Program-made: the position numbers and the translations under genes
Shown here: positions 1 to 11,110 of the stretch, piece after piece
Layout of the letters: each line of letters begins with the position of its first letter
Position numbering within the stretch: the stretch's first letter is position 1
Notes under the pieces: model-generated
Told to the model about the DNA's origin: nothing
The model's input: only the letters and a program-made list of their open reading frames with translations
Database searches by the model: none
Source of the DNA: the human T2T-CHM13v2.0 reference genome, Homo sapiens
Direction: 5' to 3' (one strand)
Length of the DNA stretch: 64,000 nucleotides
Assembly: GCF_009914755.1 (NCBI RefSeq)
Contig: NC_060947.1

Positions 1-8
1 AAGCTCAC

Positions 9-60
9 CTGAACCACCACAAAGCAACTGCATCGGTTGGGTCAGTTTGAGGGATTCTAA
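9..60 (-). other. Candidate 52-nt internal exon of a minus-strand transcript
   Basis: Minus strand reads ttcatgtttcttctttag|TTAGAATCCC...GTGGTTCAG|gtgagc: pyrimidine tract, AG and a strong donor. Two open frames (RIPQTDPTDAVALWWF or LESLKLTQPMQLLCGGS). Confidence 0.4.
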
Positions 61-1129
61 CTAAAGAAGAAACATGAATTTCATGCAGCTTAATATGAAC
101 TGACACTCAAGCACATACCCTCTATAGGATTTCACCCATGACTAACAAGCCTTTTAATCATGGCAGAAGACACGGAGATTTTGCAAACATGCTTTTACAG
201 TACCCACATTTGGTGTTCCTGACCCTGTTTTCTTGCCAGATTGTGAGAAGCACCTGCTCCTTTTCAAACAGTTGTCAGATCAATATTTAATCAATTGCCT
301 TTTGATATTTGGTAGCGCTGAATGAATGGGATGCCAATATTTCTGCTCAGAGCTGTTCCTCTGGTGTACCTCATTCGTTTTCTGTGAAAGCCTTCAGGAA
401 CCTGTGAACACTAAGTGGCATATCCTCCGAGTTCTGTGGCTCCTCCCTCTACTGCAGAAGGACTCTGTGGCTAGAGGAGGCGCAAGACGCTGGTGCCTGT
501 GCTACTCTTATTAAAATGACGTCCAAACTGAGTCATGAAAGGAGGAGAGCAGAGCCGCATTTGGGACACTGGGGGAGCTTTGCCAGGTGAGGGCTATTTA
601 ATAGACCAGACACATTAAAGAAAGGCGGTGATGTAGTGAAAGGAGCCTAATGAGCAGTAGTGAGGCTACCGTATCTAAAGAGAAAAAATAATGAGCTGCG
701 AAATATCCCCCAAGGCGAGATTGCCAGCCTTCTGGAAGGAGGTCTCAGCCTACAGGTAAAAAGGCTCATGTGGTCCCTTATCCTTGTATGGTAAACAGAA
801 GTTTTGTGGGCAATTAGGGACTGAGCTGAATGTGAGATTTGAAAACCGAGAACTATGTCTCCGACTCTTTGGAGATTTCCACACCCAAGACCCCAGCTTT
901 AATTCCCAAAGGAAACAGGGAACATACTCAACCTGTGAATAGAAATGAGAAGCATCGTATCATCAAAAACAACCTTCCTGGTGTCTGTGCAACAGACGGA
1001 CATCTGGAAATCTCAGTTCTAGCAAGCTCAGGGACTAGCACTACAGAATCTTTATAAAACTGTCCTTAGGGGCCATGCCATAGGGCTGCCTTGAGGGCAA
1101 AACCACTTTTTAATGAGGTCCTCTTGGTC

Positions 1130-1233
1130 TTTCAGTAATGACTCCTCCTAGAATAAGATCCATGATCTTATATAAGATCATGGGTAAGGCATGCTCAACT
1201 TGGATCTTATTCTAGGAGGGGTCATTACTGAAA
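1130..1233. repeat. Long inverted repeat (33-bp stem, 38-nt loop) with an overlapping perfect 24-bp palindrome
   Basis: 1130-1162 tttcagtaatgactcctcctagaataagatcca is the reverse complement of 1201-1233 except for one T/G pair (1143/1220). ccatgatcttatataagatcatgg at 1160-1183 is self-complementary. Confidence 0.95.
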
Positions 1234-1504
1234 TGCTAGGGCAGATTTTGGTACATCTAGGTAGGAAAAAATTATTAAACTCAAAGCTTTACTACATTAC
1301 TAATGCGGAAAAAAAAGATTTGGTTCCCACCATCAAGAAATGTACAAACCTATACCACATAGACAATAAACTATTAACAGAGCACCTTTTCAAGTTCACA
1401 TAGTGGAAAAGAGGATGGTACCCATGCTTCCCAGATGGGGTAAGAGACAGGAGAATAAAATACACATAAGAAAACTGTGAAAATAATACAGCTATATGAT
1501 GTAA

Positions 1505-1635
1505 ATCCTTATCACTTATAAAGTGCCTTCTTTAGCATTTTCTAAATAGGTGCTTATAGCAACTTTATGACACAGACAGATTTGGTATTAGTCCCCCATC
1601 TCACATGCAGATAACTGAAGCTCAGAGGGGTAGAG
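1505..1635 (-). mobile_element. MIR fragment
   Basis: Reverse MIR core: tattagtccccatctcacatgcagataactgaagctcagagggg. Confidence 0.7.
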
Positions 1636-1974
1636 TCAGAAGTTCCTAATTTTGTAGCCCCTGGGGAAGCACAAGGATGAGTAGAGTTCACATGCATGGT
1701 ACACTCCCATGGCCATATCCAAGTTTAGAAGAAATTCAAGTTTTTAGGGTAAACAAATAGCACTATATACTGCTTTCTGAGGGATGAGGCAGGGATAGGC
1801 ATTGTATTCATAAAAATTTTACAAACACATGAATAATAAAAACAATTATTAAAAAATACCAAAGTATTATCAGGAAAAAATCCAGAAAGATGTCCAATCA
1901 GTACTCACAAAATCACTGTATTAGTGTGAATTGATCAGGCAATCCATAGAGCCATTCGTGGACCAGTAATGATA

Positions 1975-2432
1975 GTGTATGTCCCATTAAAATTAATATG
2001 CAACAAATCACACCAAAACTTAGTAGCTTGATACAATGGCAGTTTATTATCTTTCACTGTGGCTAGAGGTGATTCTGGCTTGGGATCTCCCATGGGGTTG
2101 CAATCAGATAGTGGTTGGGGCTGAAATAGCTCGGGTGTCTCTCATCATGTAATTTCAGGGCTTCTCCAAGTGGTCTTGCCATGTGCACTAGGCTGGACTT
2201 CCTTACAGCATGACACTTTGGGGCTCCAGCCTGAGTATGATAGCAAGCGAAGCAGAAGTTAGATCACCTTTACTGGCTTCACCACATTCTTTGGTTACAA
2301 GTGAGTTGCTCACCCAGTTTCAAGGAGAGGGGACACAGATCTCTCCTCTCTATAGGAGGAGTGTCCAGGCCATATTATTGATAAGCATGTGAGAGGAAGA
2401 TATTGTTGCAGCTGCCTTTGAAAAATAAAATC
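1975..2432 (-). mobile_element. Old MaLR LTR (MLT1 family)
   Basis: caacaaatcacaccaaaacttagtagcttga...tttattatct and ccatggggttgcaatcagat resemble reverse MLT1. Boundaries approximate. Confidence 0.65.
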
Positions 2433-4441
2433 TGTGGAGCAAGTCTTGAACTAAGGGTTATGCTTAATCTAATTTTATGCCTCTGAGGTCCAATAAGAGG
2501 AAAAAAATGTGGTCACTCAAATTTGCTTCAGTGGAACTTATTTTTTGAAAAATGAGTCTTGCATTTTTTTCAGACTTTCATTCCATAGGTAATTTTAATA
2601 AGGCACTAAGCATGCAATTGAAGAAAAAATATAAATAAATTTTATTTTATTGTTTAATATCACAAAAGATATAATTTACAGAGTATTAACATCTTATAAA
2701 TGTGAAGACTATTTTATAATTCCATTCATTTTATCATTTTGTCTGTCTTTATTAGGAAGCTAACTTCTGTATCATAGATAGAAATGTATCTAAGACTATT
2801 TTCACTCATGTGCACTACTTTTTCTTCCCTTGTCTTTCCTTGCAGTTTTGTCATTAAAAATTTATTATTGTGTGAAATGTAAAGGAAAATTGAAGCAATT
2901 GTAGAATCGCAACTCATATGCGCTGTATAAATCTATAATCATTATAACTAATACTGATGGAGCATTAACTATCTGGTTTGGCTGAGCATGGTTGAAGAGT
3001 TTTTACAAACTTTTCCACTTCAGGACCTATATCAGCCAAGGAGAAAGAACATATAACCCTGAATCCTTGGAGACGTAGCCCTATCAGCCTCAAGTCTGTG
3101 GGCGATCTTGACAATTCAAGGACATTTTATTTTCTCTTCCAGAAGACATCAGTTTTATTATTTTAATATTTAAAAAGATAATTTGGATACCATCCCTTAA
3201 CATAAAAAAGCCATGTCTATCACATAGGCTTTAAGATCCTCTGCACATCTCCTCATATCAGTTAGAGAGGCAATTGATGGGTCATACTTAGTCCCCATGA
3301 TGCTGGCTATCATTTCCCTAATATGTTTTCTCTTCTTGAGAAAACACACCAGAATGCAGGTAAATAAGAATGATATGATTATTTGCATTACTTTGAATTC
3401 ACTTTATGTATTTTAAATTACTGTCAAACATCAGTACTTGGCTACTATTGTTAATTAATTACTTAAGGCACACCTCACAGTGATTGTGACACTCTAGAAT
3501 GTCCTTGGCACCTCTGCTAAGAGTTGCTGGGATTATTGACTAACTCAAGGTCATGTGGTTAATTAATAACAGTGCTGGTATTCAAACCCTATCTCTGGAC
3601 TCCTTATCTAGTGATTTCTCTGCTACACTTTGGAGTTATAAAGACTACTAACAGAAATCCACATTCTTAATAAGGCTGGGGACGGGAGGTAGGTGTAAAA
3701 TAACATTTTGCAAAGAAGAAAAATGTAACTTATGCTATGTTACTCACACATTCAATTACTTATTTAGTCCTGAAAAGTTTAAAGGAGAAACATACAGTAC
3801 TGAAGAGTTTCTGCTTTGTAAACTGAACCAGACTTTGTGATCTCTGTATCGCAAGGTTCTGCAACAGTGCCACTCCATGCTGGTCCTCATACCTTATGCC
3901 CAAGGGCTATGCAGGTACTGGTGATGATGGAGCCCCACTGAGTTTTGATATGATCAAGTAGAAATGCTATGTCACTGGCTTTGCAAAGTGAGGAGTGTGT
4001 TATGATCAGTTGAGGTGAGTATTAACATCTTATAAATGATGTTCTTCTTCTCACAGCAAGGTTGCTTGAGCCACAGGGTGTTATAGACTTTAGTGTTATA
4101 GTTGCTTCAATTATCTGTGGGAAGGAGAACTTCAGTGGCGGTGAGGGGTCAGGGTCCTACCACTGTTGGCTGTCATTTTGTAGCAGAAACCATCATTTGC
4201 CTCAGAGGCTTAGGTTCTGTAGTTAAATGGTTTTCACTCCTTTCCTTATGGGGAATTACCTCTTAGTGTTCTGTTTCCCTCCATGAAATCTTGCTTCTAG
4301 ATTAATAGCACATGTATTTATGTGTCTGAACCTCAATATTATTTTTTTTAGCCAAGAAACTTCTTAGCTCCTATTAAAACAGTGAAAGCAAATATGTATA
4401 TATGGTGGTGGGGAGTGGGGATGTCACTTGACTGCACTCAC

Positions 4442-4493
4442 CATTAGCATTCAAGTCCCATCTTTGTATCCTCTAATAGAGTTTGTCACACTG
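4442..4493 (-). other. Candidate small exon (31-52 nt depending on acceptor)
   Basis: Strong donor AATG|gtgagt at 4441. Upstream pyrimidine tract tgtctttctcttttt with several possible AGs (4494-4495, 4473-4474). Confidence 0.25.
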
Positions 4494-4628
4494 CTAAATG
4501 TAAAGCCTTAAGAAGCACTTTGGCAAAGAGCCCCAAAAAGAGAAAGACATTGGTGCTAAGATAGAATTGCCAAACTAGTTCACTGCATGCACTTAAGTCC
4601 ACCAAAAATACTGAACAAAAAATGTGGA

Positions 4629-5173
4629 TCTACCATTCCACCCAGCAATCCCATTACTGGGCATATACCTAGAGGAATATAAATTATTCTACCATAAAGA
4701 CAAATGCACACGAATATTCATTGCAGCACTATTCACAATAGCAAAGACATGGAATCAACCTAAATGCCCATCAATGACAGATTGGATACAGAAAATGTGG
4801 TACATATATACCATGGAATACTATGCAGCTATGAAAAAGAATGAGATCATGTCCTTTGCAGCAATGTGGGTGCAGCTGGAGGCCATTATGCTAAGCAAAT
4901 TAATGCAGTAACAGAAAACCAAATACTATATGTTCCCACTTACAAGTGGGAGTTAAACATTGAGTACACATGGACACAAAGAAGGGAACAATAGATACCA
5001 GAGCCTACTTGAGGGTGGGTAGTGTGGGGGAGGGCGAGGATCATAAAACCTATTGGGTACTATGCTTATTACCTGGGTGGTGAAATAATCTGTATACCAG
5101 ACCCCTGCAAAACACAATTTGCCCATGTGACAAACCTGCACATGTACCCCAGAACCTAAAATAAAAGAAAGAA
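4629..5173 (+). mobile_element. 5'-truncated L1 3' end (L1PA15/16-like)
   Basis: ORF2 C-terminus (FIAALFTIAKTWNQPKCPS...WYIYTMEYYAA), 3' UTR and A tail. TSD aaaaaa(t/c)gtgga at 4617-4628 and 5174-5185. Confidence 0.92.
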
Positions 5174-6544
5174 AAAAAACGTGGAACACATACCACCTGG
5201 GTGTTATTGTTGTTGCTGCTGTTGTTTGCTTGCTTCTTAAAAATCATCTTTGTTTTATAAGGCTTGAGGTGTTAGAAAAACCCTGGAATCCCCTGGCCTG
5301 GGTTTTAAATCCTCATTTTTCTTAACTGACCTGGCAAATCCCTCTCCTTCCTAAGCCTTAGCCCCTCATGCTTCCTGGAGGGTTAGACTAGATGGTCTCT
5401 CAGAGACTTTGCAGCACTGTTGTGCTACAGTTCCATGAACTTGTGAATTCTGCAAAGTGATGATAGTTGTGAGAATCCAGCACAATTGCCCCCAGCAAAG
5501 TCTCCTGTAAGCTTCATAAGAATATTTAGCAAACTGGCTAATTGACTCATATGGATAGTGCACCCGGCTCTGTGACTTTAATGGGGGCCTGTGTAGAATC
5601 CTGGAACTTGAATCTGTTGGTTGCATGCCCCTTTATAAGTTTTAACAAGTAAAAACAGAAAGGAATAGCTGGTCATATGCTACATTCAAAAAATCCAAAC
5701 AAAGAGAATGCATGCAGGCAACCTATAATAAGAAGATAAGAGCTTATATTCCAGAAACAAAAGTCCCTGAAAGCAACTGTGAGTAAAGCACACACACTTG
5801 TATTGAATCCTTTGCAGAGTTTTGAACTCTCTATTTTAAACCCTCTGTTGTTTTGGACCTTCTGCAGAGTCAATAGGCTGAGTCAAATGTCTTCTTGGCA
5901 TAGATTTTATTGCAATTGTCAACAGGGCAAGAGAATAATGCAGTGAGTTGTTAATGAGAAGACCTGCTCATCTTGCTTCTGGATCCCAAGTCCCCAGAGG
6001 ACCCTGGCTCAACTCCAGCTTAGTGTTGGAACTCTAGCAGGTAAGGATAAGCAGGTAGAAAAAAAGGGGGAAAAGGCTCACTCTGGTCTTGAGTGATCCA
6101 ACTCTGGGTTAACAGAGCTTCAGAAGCACTCAGTGGTGACAATTCAGGATCAGCTCTCTCTTCAGAAAGCCTGGGCTTTTACTTCAGGAAAGGGCTTTCC
6201 AGTTTCACTCAAGAAAAGATCTCAATCCCCTAACTAGCACCAAAACTATCTAAGTCTTCCAGGTCCAACATAAGAAAGATTATTTTATTTAAGAACCCTT
6301 TCCTCATTCTTCTGCTTGATCACATCTCATTTATTCATCAGTACCAAGCTCAATGTCACATTCTCCTGGAATTCCCCAGATAGAAAGAGGAATTCTCTTC
6401 TCTTCTCTTTTCCCAGAGCACCAAAATCTTATCACAAGCCACCCTCCTGTTATAGGACGGATCATGTTATATTGTGATTATTTCCTTTTAGTTTTGTATG
6501 TTAAGATTTTTGTTTCATTTCAAGAGTCCAAAAGCAAAACAAAG

Positions 6545-6960
6545 CTACTGGCTTAAACCAAGATGAGAATTTATGGGTTTGCGGCACTGAAAATTTCACC
6601 TTCAGTTGCAGCTTGATTCAGCTGCCCAACAGCATCTCCAAGATCTATCTGGGTGAGCTCCAGTCTCAGGTTTCCTGTGTTCTCTGGCTTTGTATGTTGC
6701 TCCTCAGGAGCTTCAAGTTTAAATAATCTCGGAACTCCTGCCAAGAAGAGAAAGAGCCTCCTTTTCCCCGAAGGTAGACACAAATCTTGATCCTGATTGG
6801 CCTGGCTTGCATCATGAACCCATCTCTAACCAATCACTGTGATCTGGAGGATGAACTTTTCTAATTGGCTTCAAAGAGGTCACATGCCCCACTCATAGAG
6901 TCCAGAAGTGGAGCTGAATTGCCTAAGCCTTGTGGGCTGAGGGCAACAGTGGAGTGGTTC
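6545..6960 (-). mobile_element. Old MaLR LTR (MLT1J/K/L-like)
   Basis: ctgattggcctggcttgcatcatg...aaccaatcactgtg...aggtcacatgcccc motifs. Confidence 0.6.
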
Positions 6961-7034
6961 TTACTACAAATAAAGAAAGTGGATGTTGGATTGCAAAAAA
7001 ATAAAAAAGTTCAAAAAGTCCCCTGTAATGTAAG

Positions 7035-7120
7035 CTCCCCTGCACATAGCACTGTGTCTGACACAGAGAAGGCACTTAACAAATGACAACTGAGTTTGTG
7101 AATAAAGAAGAGAATGAATA
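7035..7120 (+). mobile_element. L2 3' end fragment
   Basis: tagcactgtgtctgacacagagaaggcacttaacaaatg...gaatgaat. Confidence 0.6.
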
Positions 7121-8502
7121 CAGCTTGGCCCCACCACCTTCTCTCCTCCCTGCTCTCATCCATTAGCCGCTCATGACCACTGAACGCCATAGCCTTCTGG
7201 GGTTTGGGGCCTAAACAGCTGACATTGTTTTACACTTTTCTCCCTCCTACACTTCTAGCCAATAACTTTGATGGGTCATGATTAAATTGCTTTTGTTTAG
7301 AAGCCACAGAAAGAAATAATTTCATGTTAATATTCTTGAAGGATTTTGCACAAAGTGATTAGATTATTGCTAATCTAGTGACACCATATAAATAGTGATA
7401 TTAATAATGTTATGTGACTTTTTCCAGCAATCATATTGCTCACTCAATGAAAATTTTTGAAAATTTTCTTTCTGAAAAGCTTTGGATGACTAAGCTATAG
7501 ATATAGTCAGTTGCATTACTCTGTAGTCACCTTATAGCATGTTAATAAAAACAAACAAATAAAAACTTAATATACATATCAGGGTAATGGAATTATGTGT
7601 TTTATTTCCTTTTTATGCTCATCTGTATTTTCACTCTCTCTACAGTGAGCATTCATCAATTTATACTTTAGAAACTCTTTTTTTTTTTTTTGAGAGAGTG
7701 GAGCTTTGTAGGAGATTCTATTCTCATCTACTTCATTATCACCTTGGGGCAGACTCCCTCCAGATTGAGATGGATTGGATTCAGGGGCTCTTTGGTGAGT
7801 CCCAGAAGTACGTGCCACTAACATTTGCAAAACCAGAGTGCAAGTGTAAGTGGAAACCTGCATACCATATATCTAGCTATTTACAATATATAATTAAGTT
7901 AATAAAATGTTAAGTAAAATATCTCCATCCACCTACCTTGACAATATGCCTTCAAAATGATCTGGATGTTCAGCTTTGATTTTAGAATCCTTGGACTCCT
8001 CAGAGGTGGATTCCTTGGACTCTGCAGTGGGTTCCTTCCTGGTGGCATCTAAGGGTGGGCCCCTGGCCCTTGGCCCACTCTCCTTCTCTTCCCATTCCTG
8101 GCTCCAGCTCCCATTGCAAGAGGCTTCACATATATGCATGAGTACACTTGAGCCTCCATGTCCAAGATCCATTGCCCTACTTTGGAAACAGCCATTCCTT
8201 AACCACCTCTTGAGGATAGGGGTGCACCTCAGCTATGTGATCCAACCTCAGAAGGACCTGGGGAAGAGGCCTGCATAGCCCCTAGGTATATTCCCTTGCC
8301 GCTATGAATTCCTCACCTGATAAAGATGAGTGTAGCCAGAGGAAGGCCCGGAGAGGGATCCTCTAAAGCATAGGGTCCAGGGCAAGAATATTTTGTGTTT
8401 GAGACCAGGAGAGGAAGTGCTCATGACTGAGGGTGCTGGGTCACGCCTAAGATGGAGTGGCCTCTATCATTATGACTAAGGTTCTAGGGACACTCCCTTC
8501 TA

Positions 8503-8503
<1 letters not shown>

Positions 8504-8547
<44 letters not shown>
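8504..8547. repeat. (CA)22 microsatellite
   Basis: Directly visible. Confidence 0.98.
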
Positions 8548-8549
<2 letters not shown>

Positions 8550-8744
8550 AAAGCAGGCCATGGTCTGGGTCTTAGAAATGATCAATATAGTAAAAAACAG
8601 CGTGTTCTCAGATGGGGCCATACTTGAATGTGGATGCCGCTTTATGTGTACTCTCTGGTCCTGGGGCCCTGGGTCCTTAAGGGCCCTGTTAAGGGGCCAG
8701 CTTACAGTGACCAAGACAAGTATTAATGGAGACTTCAAAGCTGT

Positions 8745-9222
8745 TGTAACAGATGTTGTTGCTACCCTGCCCATATTTCCTCAACACTCACCATTGCAGT
8801 CTCTGCCAACGATGTCATTTTGTGAGCACACCAAACTCTCCACCTGAAAGATTCTCTTTGCTAGAGCATGAGTGAGCCAGAACTACTGTCAAGGGGTTGA
8901 TGACTTCTGGAGCAGCACTCAGCCAATAATGGGTGGAGCTGAAGGGTGAATACCCCAGCTCCCTCATTCTTCAGATAGAATCATTCTGAGGCATAAGTTT
9001 TAGCCTCTCTCCCAGAGGTGTCCAGTGGGATTGAGTCTTCGTTGTTCATGATGGTAGCCTGATCATTAATGGATCCTTTATCGGTTTCTTTTTATTTCTT
9101 GTCACGCTGCTTCATTCCTCTACCCAGACTTCCTGGGATATTTTCCTTGGATGCTTCCCTAATGAACTCCATGCACCCAAATATTTCTCACCATTTGCTT
9201 CTGGGGTACGTAACCTAAGACA
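8745..9222 (+). mobile_element. LTR16-family solo LTR (ERVL)
   Basis: TG...CA ends; gcactcagccaat, ataccccagctccctc and terminal tgcttctgggg...aacctaagaca. Confidence 0.75.
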
Positions 9223-9249
9223 GTTTTCCATTTCTAGTTTCACTGATTT

Positions 9250-9425
9250 TGATTGCTTATGGCATGCCAGGCACTGTTGTCTGTATTTTACTACTATAAT
9301 CTCAGTTTTACAGATGAAGAAACCAATGCTCAGTGGAATTAAATACCTTCCCTGAGATTTCACAACTAGGAAGCAGCAGAAACAGGATTTGAACCAAGTG
9401 GTCAGACTTCGCAACCCAAACTATT
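9250..9425 (-). mobile_element. MIR
   Basis: ttttacagatgaagaaac...ggatttgaacc. Confidence 0.8.
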
Positions 9426-9494
9426 GATGATTGAGCTCTAATTGCATACATATGTCACCATAATGCCCATACTTATTTTAGGCTTAGAGTCAAA

Positions 9495-9705
9495 TAGAAG
9501 AGCAGCAAAGAGTGTTTGGAATCAGGTTCAGGTCCCCAATCTATAACTTGCTAGATGTCTGACCCTCCATGCTCTTCCGCATACATTAGTGTTAATAAGA
9601 ATAGCTACCTTCCAGGGTTACAGGGGAAGTTAAATAACGTGATGCATTCACAGTGCTTCACACCTTGCCAGGTATGTGGGACATTCCTTGTCCATGTTAG
9701 TTGGC
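9495..9705 (+). mobile_element. Degenerate MIR
   Basis: taataagaatagctaccttccagggttacagggg...cacagtgcttcacacc. Confidence 0.55.
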
Positions 9706-10231
9706 TTCCTGCCTCCCCTTCTCCTCCTAATCAGGTCCCTTCCCTGGTTTGACAGGAGGACAGGTAATGGCAGAAGAGAATGCAGCCTCAAAAGCCTGTT
9801 GTTTCCAGAAAGTATCTGGCTAATTTATTTCAAAAGGTTTTGCTTCTATGAAGTTTAATAGAGTTGATGAGTATTAAAGGAATCATTTAATCTTCATTTG
9901 AATGTGAGCAATAAATGTGTTTTGGAGATTATATTCATTCCCCAGTGACTCCAAGTACTTTCCTATTCCAAAGCTGATTTTCATACATCAGAGCAAAGGG
10001 TTTTCAGCTCTGTGTAGCTGGCTGAATGAAATGCAGTTCTCAAGCAAGGTGGCAGAGTCTCCTTCTGGCCACACCCACTGAGGGCCACAGTGCAGACATT
10101 TGGCTCCTTCCCGACCCATATGTTCCTGTCTCAACCTGTTCCCGAACATGTGCAAGGCTTCCTGTCTCTGTAAAACAGGCTTCGCAAACACAGGACTTAG
10201 CCGCAGGGTCTGCCTCCCTCTTGCAACTCAC

Positions 10232-10298
10232 TAGTTCTTCCACTGTGCTGCACCTAATGGAAGGTCTGCCCATCCACCAAAGGTGAAGCTGCTAAGAT
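10232..10298 (-). other. Candidate 67-nt internal exon
   Basis: tgcttcccctgacag|ATCTTAGC...AAGAACTA|gtgagt. The only stop-free frame is phase-1 entry: (D)LSSFTFGGWADLPLGAAQWKN. Confidence 0.35.
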
Positions 10299-10754
10299 CT
10301 GTCAGGGGAAGCATTTCACCAAATTAATTTTAGTAGCTTGGAATCAGGTTAAACTTGTGAAGAAGGAAAGAAAAGAAGCCTTACTTGGTATCCAATGCAT
10401 GATACTAAATTTTACATCCTGTAAGCACTTGGGATGTGCATGTTGCTTTAAGGGTATGAAGAATTTTCGCTTCCCTGCTAGGAGCAATTCAGGCTTTTGC
10501 TAAGCCCAGCATTATCTGAGGAAGCGCTTGGAGTTCAGGGTTTCTTTTCTGCATTAGTAAAACATTCCCAAATTAGGACAGAGCACTGACGGGCTAGTTA
10601 TACAATAAGTGTGCATTGAGTCCAGTTGTGGAGTGTGAAGGGTAACAATCAAGGAGAAGGCAGCCAAGGGTTTCCCAGGGTGTTTAGTGGGCCCCATGCC
10701 TTCTCAGTTGGATCTCTCATCCTCTCAGGTATCTTCTGAAGTGTGCCCCTGGGC

Positions 10755-11110
10755 ACACACCTAGGCTTGTTTTGACAAATGGGAAGATAGAGTCAGAGAG
10801 ATTTAAAAAACTGGCCAAGTTCCAATCCCAGTGGGGATTGGAACCCAAATCTTTCTGTGGCCAAAGCTTGTGGTTTGTTTTTTTTTTTTTGGCATTGGGA
10901 CTAAGAAGACCTGAATTTTAGGCTCAGCTCCAGCACTCATGTGGACCTTACCAAGTCACTTACTCTGTTGGACACACAGTGCCATCTGCAAAATGGAAAT
11001 AATTCTGATTTTCATGCATTATAAGACTGTCATGAGGAGCAAATGAGATAATACACATGTAAGTGCTTTAAAGGCAGTTAAGTGCTAGTCCAATATAATG
11101 CATTGTCATT
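10755..11110. mobile_element. Two divergent MIR fragments (minus ~10755-10865, plus ~10895-11110)
   Basis: Reverse core ending gggattggaacccaaatc, then forward core catctgcaaaatggaaataa...aaatgagataatacacatgtaagtgct. Confidence 0.7.

Noticed and set aside
452-484. CTCF-like site ctgcag...ggctagaggaggcgc
   Set aside because: Several mismatches at high-information core positions.
4015-4056. Plus-strand donor GTGAGT followed by acceptor ctcacag
   Set aside because: A 42-nt intron is too short, and no consistent plus-strand exon chain was found.
7800-8400. Segment with short internal repeats (tccttggactc) and opposed ORFs
   Set aside because: Probably an old DNA-transposon remnant; I could not assign a family or support coding.
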